Origin: an uncultured virus (IMG/VR IMGVR_UViG_3300029288_000094)
Taxonomy: Duplodnaviria > Heunggongvirae > Uroviricota > Caudoviricetes
Virus record (IMG/VR): IMGVR_UViG_3300029288_000094
Direction: 5' to 3' (one strand)
DNA: 54,659 nt
The notes under the pieces were generated by a model that was not told where the DNA came from, did not search any database, and was given only the letters and a program-made list of their open reading frames with translations. The position numbers and the translations under genes are program-made. This document shows, piece by piece, positions 20,048 through 30,810 of this stretch. Position 1 is the first letter of the stretch; each line of letters opens with the position of its first letter.

Positions 20048-20887
20048 TCACCTACCTCCCAACCTCTGAAATGCTTCCGACATAGCAGAGGTTATATTAA
20101 TGCCATAATCTTTCATTAAACAGTTCTCTAACTTCCTTAAACTGAATTTATTATTGTAGTTTAATTCTGGGATATTCTCTAAAGGTTGCCAATCAAAAGG
20201 TAATTTGGTAAGACTTAGATTGAATTTAAACTCTTTCTCATATTTGCACATGAGTTCTTCCAGTTTCTTATCATCAGTTATTATATTTATAGCTGTCTTA
20301 TCACCTAATCCACGATAAATGTTTTTTACACCATTATGGTTTCCAGACATAGCCTTTATTCTTTCCCATATCACAGGTGTATTAAACTTCTTCAGTTCAG
20401 GGTAATCTTTCCAGAAATCTTCTTCAGTGTAAAGACTTTTATTTCTCTGTAAAAATACATTCTTATTTAATAGACTATATAAGTCATCATCATTGGAACA
20501 TATCACTATTTGTTCTTTGTTATACTTGTGAGTTATACATGCTTCCAAGTCATCAGCCTCATAACCATCTTCTTTCCAAACATCTATATTCATCATAGAA
20601 AGTACATCTGTTACATACAACCTGTTGTTGCCTATATACAATGCTTTATCTACATCATTGGAATGTGGTTTATTTTTATAATCAGGGAAGATATTCTTTC
20701 TCTTATAAGGTTGTTTATCACCACAAACTAATACTACATCTGGTTGATGCTCATTGATATACTTACAAAAGGTTTGCAGGAAACCGAAGAGCATACCAGT
20801 TCTCTTACCTTTATAAGATAGGGATTTATTTATTTCTACAAATCTAAAAAGTATATTATTTAAGTCTATTATTAATATTTTGTCCAT
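20048..20887 (-). CDS. 5'-3' exonuclease / flap endonuclease (T4 RNase H-like)
   Basis: ILIIDLNN, RKNIFPDYK, GYEADDL, CSNDDDL, GLGDKTA. Confidence 0.9.
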   Translation of the reverse strand: MDKILIIDLNNILFRFVEINKSLSYKGKRTGMLFGFLQTFCKYINEHQPDVVLVCGDKQPYKRKNIFPDYKNKPHSNDVDKALYIGNNRLYVTDVLSMMNIDVWKEDGYEADDLEACITHKYNKEQIVICSNDDDLYSLLNKNVFLQRNKSLYTEEDFWKDYPELKKFNTPVIWERIKAMSGNHNGVKNIYRGLGDKTAINIITDDKKLEELMCKYEKEFKFNLSLTKLPFDWQPLENIPELNYNNKFSLRKLENCLMKDYGINITSAMSEAFQRLGGR

Positions 20888-21069
20888 TCAGCACCTTTAA
20901 TAGTTTTTTTAACTAACTCTATAAAAACTGGAACACATCTTGACTTCTTCCCCAGTTTTCCACCACTAAGACATGAGTTTTTACAAGTACCTATTTCATC
21001 ATGTTCAAAACAATGAATTCCATTATGTCCATATTTGCATTTATCTGCTACATTACATATCACTTTCAT
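20872..21069 (-). CDS. Cys/His-rich microprotein (family member)
   Basis: ICNVADKC...CVPVFIELVKKTI. Confidence 0.8.
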   Translation of the reverse strand: MKVICNVADKCKYGHNGIHCFEHDEIGTCKNSCLSGGKLGKKSRCVPVFIELVKKTIKGAEWTKY

Positions 21070-21480
21070 ATCTTCTCCAATAATATATTTAATATTTCAT
21101 TCTCTATATAACCAGGAAAACTCTTATCAATTAACTGTGGCAGGTATTGGAAATAGTTAATCAATATTCTTATAGAAGGTTGTAAGTTAGTATTATTCTT
21201 TATATGAGAAATTATGGTATCAGTGAAGAAAGAATATAATTTACTTCTCTCTACCTTAGAAACCTTCTTAAAGTTCTTGTCAATGAATGACTCTATATTG
21301 TTAAACACATCTATAAACTTTTTGTAATAATTCTGTTTCTTAAAAGTGCCGAAAGGTGGAGAAGTGATAGAGTATTTATTCAAGCAACGCACTATGCTGT
21401 AATAGAATATCTCCATATTGCTACTTGTGCTACTCTGCACAGATAGCAGGAAGGAGGCTTCTTCAATTACTTCTTTTAAT

Positions 21481-22305
21481 TCATTTACTGTTAAGTTTTT
21501 TAGATTCTTCAATTTTTCCTCTCACTATTACTAAGAATTTATCTTTTACAAATACAGCCTTATCTGTATGTGATAAACAGTGTGGAAGATTAATACAATA
21601 AAATCCTTCCCCATGATGACAACTACAACAAGTAGTATTACATACCATTGAGTAAGTACAATACCAAATTTTATTATCTTTCATTTCTTAATGTCATCTC
21701 CATTTTATATAAGAAAATACCTTCTACAATTTTATGATTCTCTGGTTTACTAACACAAAAAGGAATATCATGGGTATGAACAATAAAAGCTTTTCCTCTA
21801 TAACAATGACAATCACTTTTTTTACATTTCATTGAGTAAGTACAATACCAACTGTACTGTTCTTTATTTCCCATTCAACTTTCTCTTTATTATTACCAAG
21901 AAAGGAGAAGTAGAGAAGGTAGTTTCTTTATTACTTTCAGGACTACACTTAAGCTTACCACCCTCAAGAAGGTTATATCTGCTTACAATATCTTTATAAG
22001 CAGACCAAGGTCTTCCACCATAACAGGAACATATTTTTTCACTACAGATTTCATAATTATCACAATATAAATCAATAGTTTCCATTTAGTTTCTCCTTTA
22101 CTATTGAAATGAATGGTGAAGTGGAGAAGGTAGTCATTTCCCCATTACCACAGTCATACTCTGCACCATTTATCAATGCAGGAATATTATAAAACTTACT
22201 GTCTAATCTAGCAATCCAAGGGTCTCCATTACTACAAACACAAGTTGTACATTTACAATCTTTGTAATTATCACAATAAAGTTTTATATAATTATTTGTA
22301 TTCAT
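21481..22305 (-). CDS. Four tandem overlapping Cys-rich microprotein genes (21481-21684, 21674-21874, 21864-22085, 22072-22305)
   Basis: Two paralog pairs: WYCTYSMxC x2 and LYCDNYxxC...TTFSTSPF x2; all end in the family helix. Confidence 0.8.
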
Positions 22306-22518
22306 ACTATCTCTCTTTCAAACTCTCAAAACCGATAGGTTTTGGAGTTTGAATTGCCGAAGGCAATAGATAGTTTTTGTTCTCATCTTTATACATTTTC
22401 AGATATATAAACATTATTATATATTAATTAGATGTATAATAAGATTTATAATAGATATATAAGGGAAAACCTCTGCTCTATATGTCATTAATTTATATCA
22501 TGATTTTTAAAATCATTA

Positions 22519-22636
22519 TGGTTTTCAATGTTACCATTTGTGGTTTTCAATGTTACCATTTGTGGTTTTCAATTATACCGTTTACCCCTTTTTGTGGTTT
22601 TCAATGATACCACTTTGGTTTTCAATGATACCATTT
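22519..22636. repeat. Five iteron-like direct repeats TGGTTTTCAATGWTACC; putative replication origin
   Basis: Copies start at about 22519, 22541, 22563, 22595 and 22616 (mostly 21-22 bp period); adjacent AT-rich tract ~22380-22510; overlaps the 3' end of rep. Confidence 0.8.
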
Positions 22637-23532
22637 CTTTCTTTTTCTGCCTCATTTTTGTTCTTAAGTACCCTCTTAAAAAATAGAATACTATCTGGTA
22701 AAATCTTATCTTCCATTTCTTTTTCCATCTCTTCTTTTGTGAGAAAATAAAAGAAAGGCATTTTTTCTCTATCACCTTCAGGTCTTGATTTAAAATTAAT
22801 TTCTAACATAGCTTTTTCTATTCTTCGTAATGCTCTCTTTTCAAACTTTAAGATTTCTTTATTTCCCAAGAACATTTTATCTAATAGGTTTTCTCTTGTT
22901 ATAGAGAATATATTGTTTGAATAAAAACTCTTACATAGTATCTCATATAACCTTTTTGAAAAAGGTGTTATACTTTGTAAAAAGTTCAAATTAAATGTTT
23001 TCTTGAAAGTACCATCATTATTAGCATTAATGAAACTCTTGTTAAAAACAATTACCTTAGTTCTTGTTTTGTTGAGGTCTATGACATTGTTTATGACTCT
23101 TGCTATTTCTCTACCTTCCCTTCTTTTATCATAGTAGAATACACCATTAGGGAAGTATATATCTACCTTAGACCATTTCTTAATGATATATTCTATTCTC
23201 TCATAATACTCAGATGTTTTACTGGCGTTTATTTCCTTTATAATATCTAATGGGTAGTTCTCTATCTCAACCTCAAGTTTTTCAGGGTTTTGCTGTTGTC
23301 TTGCTAAGAGGATATTTAATACATCAATATCGTTTGAATTCGGTACACCAAACTTAGACTCTATTCTATACCCTGTCTTATCAGTGAGTGAAGTTTCTTT
23401 TATAAATCTTTTTGGTGTCCATAAAGGGTGCTCAAGAAAATTTATGGATTTAATTACTTTATCAGCTTTATTATAGTGAAATTTTTTATTTTTTCTGGGC
23501 ATAGATTGTTCCTTTTTTATGAAATTTTTCAT
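22582..23532 (-). CDS. Replication initiator protein (plasmid Rep/RepA-like, winged helix)
   Basis: INFLEHPLW...GVPNSNDIDVLNILL...FSKRLYEIL; flanked by iterons. Confidence 0.7.
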   Translation of the reverse strand: MKNFIKKEQSMPRKNKKFHYNKADKVIKSINFLEHPLWTPKRFIKETSLTDKTGYRIESKFGVPNSNDIDVLNILLARQQQNPEKLEVEIENYPLDIIKEINASKTSEYYERIEYIIKKWSKVDIYFPNGVFYYDKRREGREIARVINNVIDLNKTRTKVIVFNKSFINANNDGTFKKTFNLNFLQSITPFSKRLYEILCKSFYSNNIFSITRENLLDKMFLGNKEILKFEKRALRRIEKAMLEINFKSRPEGDREKMPFFYFLTKEEMEKEMEDKILPDSILFFKRVLKNKNEAEKERNGIIENQSGIIENHKKG

Positions 23533-24292
23533 GACATTTAAAGCATAATACTGTTAAATCTTCCAAATAATTAAATTCTTCCCCTAAATGTATATAGGTT
23601 CTATGATGGACATTTAAATTTTTCCATGTATTACATACTTGACATCTACTATTAACACTCACTATTTTGTAATCTCTAACAATTTTCCAATGTTTTGTTT
23701 CTAAGTATTCATAATAGTTTTTAGAGGATATTTCTTTAAGTTTCTTTATTTCTGCCACTGTTATACTATTTTTATATTTATTAAAAATTTCAGTTATTAA
23801 TAACTTTTTTTCTTGTGCTTTTTTTAAAGCATATTCTTTATTTGCTTCTTTTCTTTCAGAGTTTTTCTCTTCTTTTGTTTCTGGGTAATCAACAAAAATG
23901 TTTATATTTTCTCTTTGGTTTTTTATATCATTCCAACACAGGTTATAAAGTAATTCTTCTTTTTTTAGTAGTTCAAGGAAGTATTTTATATTTAAAATAT
24001 CTAAAGAAAGTATTTTTTTGGTTTTGGTTGGTTTTATAAGATAGCATAAGTCCCATTTTTTAGAGTTTCTTATTGTATTTTTACCTACTTTGTTAATAAA
24101 TTTACCTGTTAGGGATACTTCCCCATTTTTTATATAACGTATTATACTTTTATCTAAATTATAATAATCTTTGTAACTTATTGTTTTGTTCCTCAATTTT
24201 TTTAAAATTAAATAATCTTCAATAAGACTGTCTATTCCATTTTTATAGTTTATTTTTAAACTGTCATATTTAATTTTATTTCTGAGAATCAT
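23486..24292 (-). CDS. HNH endonuclease (C-terminal domain)
   Basis: YLETKHWK...RCQVC...LNVHHRTY...EDLTVLCFKCHEKFH. Confidence 0.85.
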   Translation of the reverse strand: MILRNKIKYDSLKINYKNGIDSLIEDYLILKKLRNKTISYKDYYNLDKSIIRYIKNGEVSLTGKFINKVGKNTIRNSKKWDLCYLIKPTKTKKILSLDILNIKYFLELLKKEELLYNLCWNDIKNQRENINIFVDYPETKEEKNSERKEANKEYALKKAQEKKLLITEIFNKYKNSITVAEIKKLKEISSKNYYEYLETKHWKIVRDYKIVSVNSRCQVCNTWKNLNVHHRTYIHLGEEFNYLEDLTVLCFKCHEKFHKKGTIYAQKK

Positions 24293-24437
24293 TTCTCTTT
24301 TCCTCCTTCAACCATTTCAGAGCCAACTGTCTTAGTATTACTGACACTCCTATACCAGTCTTTATTTTTTCTTCCTGAAGTTTCTCAAATAGTTCTGGAG
24401 GCATTGTAATTGAGATTGTCTTGGTGTTAAGTTTCAT
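24276..24437 (-). CDS. CopG-like ribbon-helix-helix protein (53 aa)
   Basis: Manual translation MKLNTKTISITMPPELFEKLQEEKIKTGIGVSVILRQLALKWLKEE...; AAGGAG RBS. Confidence 0.75.
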   Translation of the reverse strand: MKLNTKTISITMPPELFEKLQEEKIKTGIGVSVILRQLALKWLKEEKRNDSQK

Positions 24438-24480
24438 AAAGTTCTCCTTTTTAATATAAATATAAATTCTCTATATTATA

Positions 24481-24508
24481 TTATCGACATAAACCTCAAA
24501 TATCTTTA
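24481..24508 (-). promoter_or_regulatory. Sigma28-like phage promoter TAAA-N16-GTCGATAA
   Basis: One of six copies with identical spacing. Confidence 0.75.
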
Positions 24509-24931
24509 ATTTCTACCTTCTTTAATGTTTCTTTTACTATTCCAAAAAAATTGGGTTCAAAGGATAGACATTCTTTAATAGTTGGAATATTTGTGATTAT
24601 ACAAATAGTTCCAGGCATATCTCCTATATAATCTCCTCTACTTCCAATTACTTCTATTATTGTCTTTTTACATTCTCTGACCCCCAACCACCGACCACCC
24701 AAAAATCTACAGTCTAAATAATTATTTTTCATGTAATCTCCTTATCATTAAGGCTTCAAAGTCAGAGATATATTTTATTCTTAATTCTTTATAAAAAACT
24801 TCTTTACATTCTATGTTTCTGTATATATTTTCTTTTTCTTCCCAATACTCAAAATGTGAAGACATTTTACGGAAACATCTTTCTTTCATTTCATCCTTAC
24901 ACACATAATACTTATCGCAATAAACATACAT
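24496..24931 (-). CDS. Two Cys-rich microprotein genes (24496-24732, 24722-24931)
   Basis: ...CLSFEPNFFGIVKETL; YCDKYYVC...SDFEALMIRRL. Confidence 0.65.
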
Positions 24932-25187
24932 TATATTTTCCCTTGAAATTTAAGTAACATTATAGCACGAATCTCTTCATTTGTCAAGTCTTTTTCTTTT
25001 ACTTTAGTAAACTCTTGTTTAATTCTTAGGAATATATTCCCATATTTGTGATAACTTTTCTTATCATCTCCCCAATCTGTTTCCTTATTACATCCTACTA
25101 TAGCTTTATAGTAGATTCCCATAGGCACATTTCTGACTTGAATTGTTACAACAGTACATAAACATCCACAATATCTACGCCAATATC

Positions 25188-25397
25188 TCATTCTTCATCC
25201 AACTCTTTCAATATTCTGAGGAATTTTTCTGTATGGAGTGCCCATTCCACCGCAAACCGAATAATATCAGATTTATTAAGTGTCTTATAATTCTCTTTAA
25301 GTGCTTCTAACTTTCTCAATGTTTCTCTTTCAAAGTACATTGTCACTATCTTCTTTCTTTCTGGTTTTACCTTCTTTACTTTTTTCTTCTTTTTCAT
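25188..25397 (-). CDS. Ribbon-helix-helix DNA-binding protein
   Basis: KIVTMYFERETLRKLEAL...NKSDIIRFAV. Confidence 0.65.
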   Translation of the reverse strand: MKKKKKVKKVKPERKKIVTMYFERETLRKLEALKENYKTLNKSDIIRFAVEWALHTEKFLRILKELDEE

Positions 25398-25807
25398 ATT
25401 CCTTTACCTTTTGTTTCATTAATTTTTGTAAGTCTAATTCAAAATATTCACATTCTTCCATACACATTTCATAAAAGCATATTTCATACTTATTTTTAAT
25501 ATTATCACAATAGTTATGGTATAACTCTTCTTGTATTAGATAAACACAACAAAGTGACTTCATTTCTTCTTCCCATTTAATTGAGAGTATAGAGCATTTT
25601 TAATATTCTCTTCAAGTTCTACCTTCTGCACTTCATCAATAATATGATAAGTATAGTTCATGTAGGAATAGTTCCTGTTCTCATGTCTTAACCTTTTCTT
25701 AACATCAAAAGGTTGACAATCATAAAAATAACATCTTATCTCTTTAATACACCTATCAACAAATTTCTGTGGAGTCTCATTTTTTCTTCTCATCTACCCT
25801 CTCTTTA

Positions 25808-25834
25808 GAAAAGGGGGGAATTAACCCCCCTTTT
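25808..25834. terminator. Intrinsic terminator-like hairpin
   Basis: aaaaGGGGGG-aattaa-CCCCCCtttt, intergenic. Confidence 0.65.
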
Positions 25835-28322
25835 AATTTATACCAATGCTTTAGCCTCCTTCCACCACTTAATATCTCTCATTTCTGCATAAGCAGACAC
25901 AATATCCTTAAGTTCCCGGAGAGAAGTGTTATAAGTAATAAATCTTTTCTTTGGTCTATTTAATAATCTTCCTTTAGCAATAAGCTGTCCATGTTTCTTT
26001 GCATACTTATCCTTTGGTGAACAGAAAGCAAATGCTACTTTTAAAGCACCGTCTTCCTCAAATCTTTTAGCTACAGTTACTCTTCCAATTTCTACGGCAT
26101 TCTCATTTAATACGTGAAACGTCCTGAATTTTATTTCCATAACTGTTCTCCTTTTTATTTTCTAATGCTTCAAGCATTACTGTTGTAAAATCTTTCTGTC
26201 CTTTATAAGTACGTTTGTAATACCTTTTATATGGTTTACCTCTTGCTTTATATAATGCTTCCAGAATACACGCTAAATCAACTCTGTTTAAATGGAATAA
26301 CTGACTACGGTAGTGGAGAAATATTTCTTTATTTCTCTTTTTCCAAAACTGAAAATAGTCTTCACCTAAAATCTCTCCCAGTTCATGTTTTAATTCATCA
26401 TAAAAATTTTCCCAATCTTTTAAAGGTTGCTTCTTCTTAGCCACAATTTACCTCCTTTATTTTTTAATAGTTTTATACCCTAATTTATTCACAAGAAAAT
26501 CTACCACTCCCAATAATCCTATACCTACATTACCACGAATAATTATATTCTTGTTCTCTACCTTAACCTTATTGTTCATTAATTTCTTTACTGCACTTTC
26601 TTCTGTTAAATTTTTCATATATCACCATCCTATTTTCTTTGAAATTTCTGGTGTAAAACCACCAAGTTCTTTAAATCTCTTATTAAAATATTCAAATAGT
26701 GGCAAGTCTCCTCTAAAATATGGATGTCCAGAAGGTGCAAACCTCCATAAACTTGCCATATCTTCTTGATTCATCTTATCAATTTCTTTTTTCATTTGTT
26801 CTATTTCTTCTTGTGTATACTCTTTCATACTACCTCCTTTAATCTGATAGTTTCATAATTGACCATATTATAGACCAAATAGCTATTCCTAAACCTGTAA
26901 AGAATAATAATCCTGTACCAAAGGTAGGATATTTAATAGCACAATAAACAAGTGATGATACAATAATCAAAACCCAAAAAACAAGTATATAATACGCTAT
27001 AGCCTTTTTTAGCATTCTTTTATTCAACCATATTCTTTTAGCTTTAAAGGATAATCTTTTCAAGAAATTGGTTTTCATAATCTGTTCTAACATTTTAAAT
27101 TGAAATTCTTCTGTCATAGATACTTTATACCCACTATCATATCTGCAATATGTAATTTTATTTTCTTCATTTTGTGTACGGTTAAAAATTCCATCACAGC
27201 ATGGAATTGTACCAAACATTTCACATTTTCCATTAATGAAATAATTGCAACAGTATTTCATAGGTCACTCCTTGCTATTCCATGTGAATTGAAATTTTAT
27301 TATCCAAGCTGGGTTTTCTTCTACATTAAAGTCAGGGTAATACTCTTTTATTTCTTCTATAACAGCATTAGTATTTCCCCTATTGATTTTGAATAAATAT
27401 TTTACCCAATCATTATTAAATTCTTTTCTAATTTCAGGTTTAATATCAAGCCATACTTTTTCCAAGTATGCTTTAACCAAAGAAGTCTGATAGCAATAAT
27501 CTACTACTCCACCTTCAATACTACAACTTCTCCATCTACTACGAGTTTTTCTAACTACAAAGTGTCCAGTGGGATGAAATATAGGACACCAATTGTAATG
27601 AATATACTTAGTAGTAGAATACATTTTATACCACCTATACCTATAAAGGTCTTTTCTTCTCATTAAAGTTTGATATTTCATTGTTTCTCCTAAAGATTAA
27701 ATTCATTCCACCCTAAAGTATTATTCCAGTCTTCAAACAAAGATTCTATCAATATACTATCTTCTTCATAAAATCTTCCATTAAGTATATCACTAATAGA
27801 CAAATTAACTTTTAATAGTTTTTCTTTCTGTTCTTCTTTTAGAAGATATTTTTTTATTGCATCTATTAAATAATATTCATTTTCAAAAAAACCACATTCT
27901 TTAACCCATTCTTCCTTTGTCATTTTACTTCCCCTTTATATCATGGAAGGTTGTAGGTATACCATTTTCAAATGTTAAATAACTATTTACATTTAAAATC
28001 TTACCCAATTTTTCTATTACATAATCTTTTTCTATCTTAATAAGAAATTCATTCCAAGGCATATACTTTCCATCAGGTATTTCATAGTTTTCTTGTGGTA
28101 CTATTACAGATATGCTTTCCTCTTTCTCTAAGGTATGCAATCTGCTTAGTTCTCTGCTCTTTACTAATTTTTTAATATGCTCAAGTTTATTCTCTATCTT
28201 TCTTAGTGTATCAGTTTCTTCTGGAAACTCTTCCAATCTCTCTTTTAAAATGTTTAAGTATTCTATTCCTGCAAGCAAGGCATCACTTATACCACCATTG
28301 AATTCCATAGTTATTATCTCCT

Positions 28323-28532
28323 TTAGTTTTGATAATCTCTCACCATTGTTATAACTTCCCCGAATGGTGCATTAAATGACTCATTTTTTGCATTTAATAT
28401 AAATAATGTCCTACAGTCAGGTTTCTTTTTTGGGAAAGTATTGCCTACATATCCATCAGTGAAACACAGTACCATAGAAGGTTCAAAGTCATGTTTATAT
28501 ATATAGTTAAAGAAACTTCCTATGTCAGTCAT
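28323..28532 (-). pseudogene. Displaced duplicate C-terminus of the VWA gene
   Basis: [27 protein letters not shown]...PFGEVITMVRDYQN aligns to the end of 29598..30797. Confidence 0.85.
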
Positions 28533-29548
28533 TGAATTCCATAATTATTTCTCCTTTTACATGCCTCTCTTAGTTTTTTCCTAGTTTCTTCGCTAAATAC
28601 TCTTCCTTTTAAGGAGTTACTAATCTTTCTTTTAGTTTCCTCATTTAATTTTTTACCTAAATTTTTACCTTTATTAGCTTCACTCATTTTCCTTTTAGTT
28701 TCTTCACTAGGTTTATACCCTTTCCTACTTTCTACTCTTTTCTTTATAGTTTCTTTGCTAAATACTCTTCCTTTTAAGGAGTTACTAATCTTCTTTTTAT
28801 GCTCTTCGCTTAATTTCTTTCCCAAATTAGCTTGTCTTAATTTCTCTTTAGTTTCTTCACTTAATTTTCTACCTATGTTTTTATAAATTTTTCCTCTATT
28901 AGCATCTCCAATCTTCTTTCTTGTCTCCTCTGAGACAATACGTCCTTTACTTTTTTCACCTATTTTTCTTCTTGTTTCCTCACTCAGTTTTCTTCCCAAA
29001 GTTTTTCCTTTTAAGGAGTTACTAAGTTTTTTTCTTGTTTCCTCACTAACTATTCTTCCAAGATTATATTTATTTCCTTTATGTGCTTCACTTATTTTAC
29101 GTCTTGTTTCCTTTGTTACAATATGTCCTTTTAATGACTCACTCATCTTCTTTTTCGTTTCTTCACTTGCTTTCTTACCTAAATTAGTTTGTCTTAACTT
29201 TTCTTTAACTTTCTCACTTAACTTTATTCCCCTACAATTTCTTACATCATTTCTAACATTATAAACTAATCCATTCTCTTTAAAGAATTCAAACCAATAC
29301 TGCTCCCTTTCCTCAAGTTTATCCTTTTCACATTCTTCTATTATAGAAAACTTGAAAGCACCTACTCCATATTTGTTATAACTATTCTGTAAATAGGAAT
29401 TATGATGCTTTCTTTTTTTTAATAGCTCCATATGTTGGCTTTTTCTTTTAATTAAATTAATGCTACTCCCTACATAAACTCTTCCAGTAACAATGTTTTC
29501 AATTTTGTAAATCCCTATAAGTTTTTTTCTCATTTTTAATGCCTCCAA
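28529..29548 (-). CDS. GIY-YIG homing endonuclease with NUMOD3-type repeats
   Basis: GIYKIEN...[19 protein letters not shown], many SEETKRKIS repeats. Confidence 0.92.
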   Translation of the reverse strand: MEALKMRKKLIGIYKIENIVTGRVYVGSSINLIKRKSQHMELLKKRKHHNSYLQNSYNKYGVGAFKFSIIEECEKDKLEEREQYWFEFFKENGLVYNVRNDVRNCRGIKLSEKVKEKLRQTNLGKKASEETKKKMSESLKGHIVTKETRRKISEAHKGNKYNLGRIVSEETRKKLSNSLKGKTLGRKLSEETRRKIGEKSKGRIVSEETRKKIGDANRGKIYKNIGRKLSEETKEKLRQANLGKKLSEEHKKKISNSLKGRVFSKETIKKRVESRKGYKPSEETKRKMSEANKGKNLGKKLNEETKRKISNSLKGRVFSEETRKKLREACKRRNNYGIQ

Positions 29549-29572
29549 TATAGTATAGTTACATCTACTATA

Positions 29573-29600
29573 TTATCGACATAAAATGAAAAAATCTTTA
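29573..29600 (-). promoter_or_regulatory. Sigma28-like phage promoter
   Basis: TAAAgattttttcattttatGTCGATAA upstream of GIY-YIG. Confidence 0.75.
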
Positions 29601-30797
29601 ATTATTTTGGTAATCTCTAACCATTATTACCCTTTCACCAAAAGGTTGATAGTGACTTTCATCAAGTTTGTTGTTTAGTACCCAAAGTACTCTATAATTT
29701 GGAGCTTTCATTTTCATCTTGTTTCCATAACCATCTGTAAAATAAATCAAAATTGATGGTTCAATATTATGTTTTCGTACATAATCAAATACAGGTTCAA
29801 AGGCAGTACCACCGCCACCACGCATGGACAAGGAAATTATGGAGTCCCCTGATTCATACTCCTCGTGTGGGTAAGCTCGTGTATCACAATACACTACAAT
29901 AATTTTTGTATTATAAGTACTCAAAATTGATTGTAGCTCACTTGCAATCTCCTGTAAATCTCTTTCAGACATACTCCCAGAAGTGTCAATACCTACAACA
30001 ATATCTCCAACTTCTGGTTTCTCTAAAGAAGGTAACATAAATCCAGACTGTACATATCTTCTATTCGGTTTTGTAAAAGAGTAATCATTCCTTGAATTAG
30101 ACACTACCATTTCCTGTATTACTGCCTTCCAGTTTACCACAGGTTCAAGTAATTCTTTAACTAATCTTTCCATACCTGCGGGAACATTACCTATTTTCTT
30201 TGCAGCTTGTAATGCTCCCTGCACCGCTTGTTTTATTTCCTGCTCAAGTTTCTTTGTATCACTTTCAGATAATGCACTACCATCCTCATTCTTTGGTGCA
30301 GTAACTCCCCCCACATTCCCTGTAAATGTCTTACCTTCACCTTCTTTACCTTCACCTTCTCCATTACCCATAGAAATTTCTATCTCTTTTATATTCTTCA
30401 TTAAGATAGAGTAAATAGCTTCCCACTCCATGTTATCAAACTTCTTGTCAAATAAGCAACTTTTTGGTAAAGTAAATCCTGCTTTCTGTACTAATGGATT
30501 AATAGCATAATCCATAGCCATATTAGCAACCATTGGATTCCTGTTTCCTAATCTTATCATGTGCATAAGCAGTATATGATATGCTTCATGGACAACTACG
30601 CCCATAGCTTCCTGGAAAGATAAAGACTTTACAAACTTTGGGTTATACATAATCTTTCTTCCATCTGTACACATGGTGGGGATTTGGTCACTTTCTATGA
30701 AGTTTTTTGATAAAAGTATTACACTCCAGAACGGCTGGGACAAAACTAATTTTACATGGATATCACTAATGATTTTAGCAGCTTTGGAATCACTCAT
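29598..30797 (-). CDS. Metallopeptidase (HExxH) + VWA domain protein (DUF2201-like)
   Basis: TMCTDGR, HEAYH, ANMAMDYAIN; MIDAS GIDTSGSM, GGGGT, YFTDGY. Confidence 0.9.
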   Translation of the reverse strand: MSDSKAAKIISDIHVKLVLSQPFWSVILLSKNFIESDQIPTMCTDGRKIMYNPKFVKSLSFQEAMGVVVHEAYHILLMHMIRLGNRNPMVANMAMDYAINPLVQKAGFTLPKSCLFDKKFDNMEWEAIYSILMKNIKEIEISMGNGEGEGKEGEGKTFTGNVGGVTAPKNEDGSALSESDTKKLEQEIKQAVQGALQAAKKIGNVPAGMERLVKELLEPVVNWKAVIQEMVVSNSRNDYSFTKPNRRYVQSGFMLPSLEKPEVGDIVVGIDTSGSMSERDLQEIASELQSILSTYNTKIIVVYCDTRAYPHEEYESGDSIISLSMRGGGGTAFEPVFDYVRKHNIEPSILIYFTDGYGNKMKMKAPNYRVLWVLNNKLDESHYQPFGERVIMVRDYQNN

Positions 30798-30810
30798 AAT
30801 ACCTTTCCTC

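Noticed and set aside
22519..22636. Possible CRISPR array
   Set aside because: Repeats are nearly contiguous with no 25-45 bp unique spacers and no cas genes; iterons beside rep fit better.
22569..22775. Alternative-frame ORF over the rep 3' end
   Set aside because: No domain signal; its repeated SLKT reflects the iterons.
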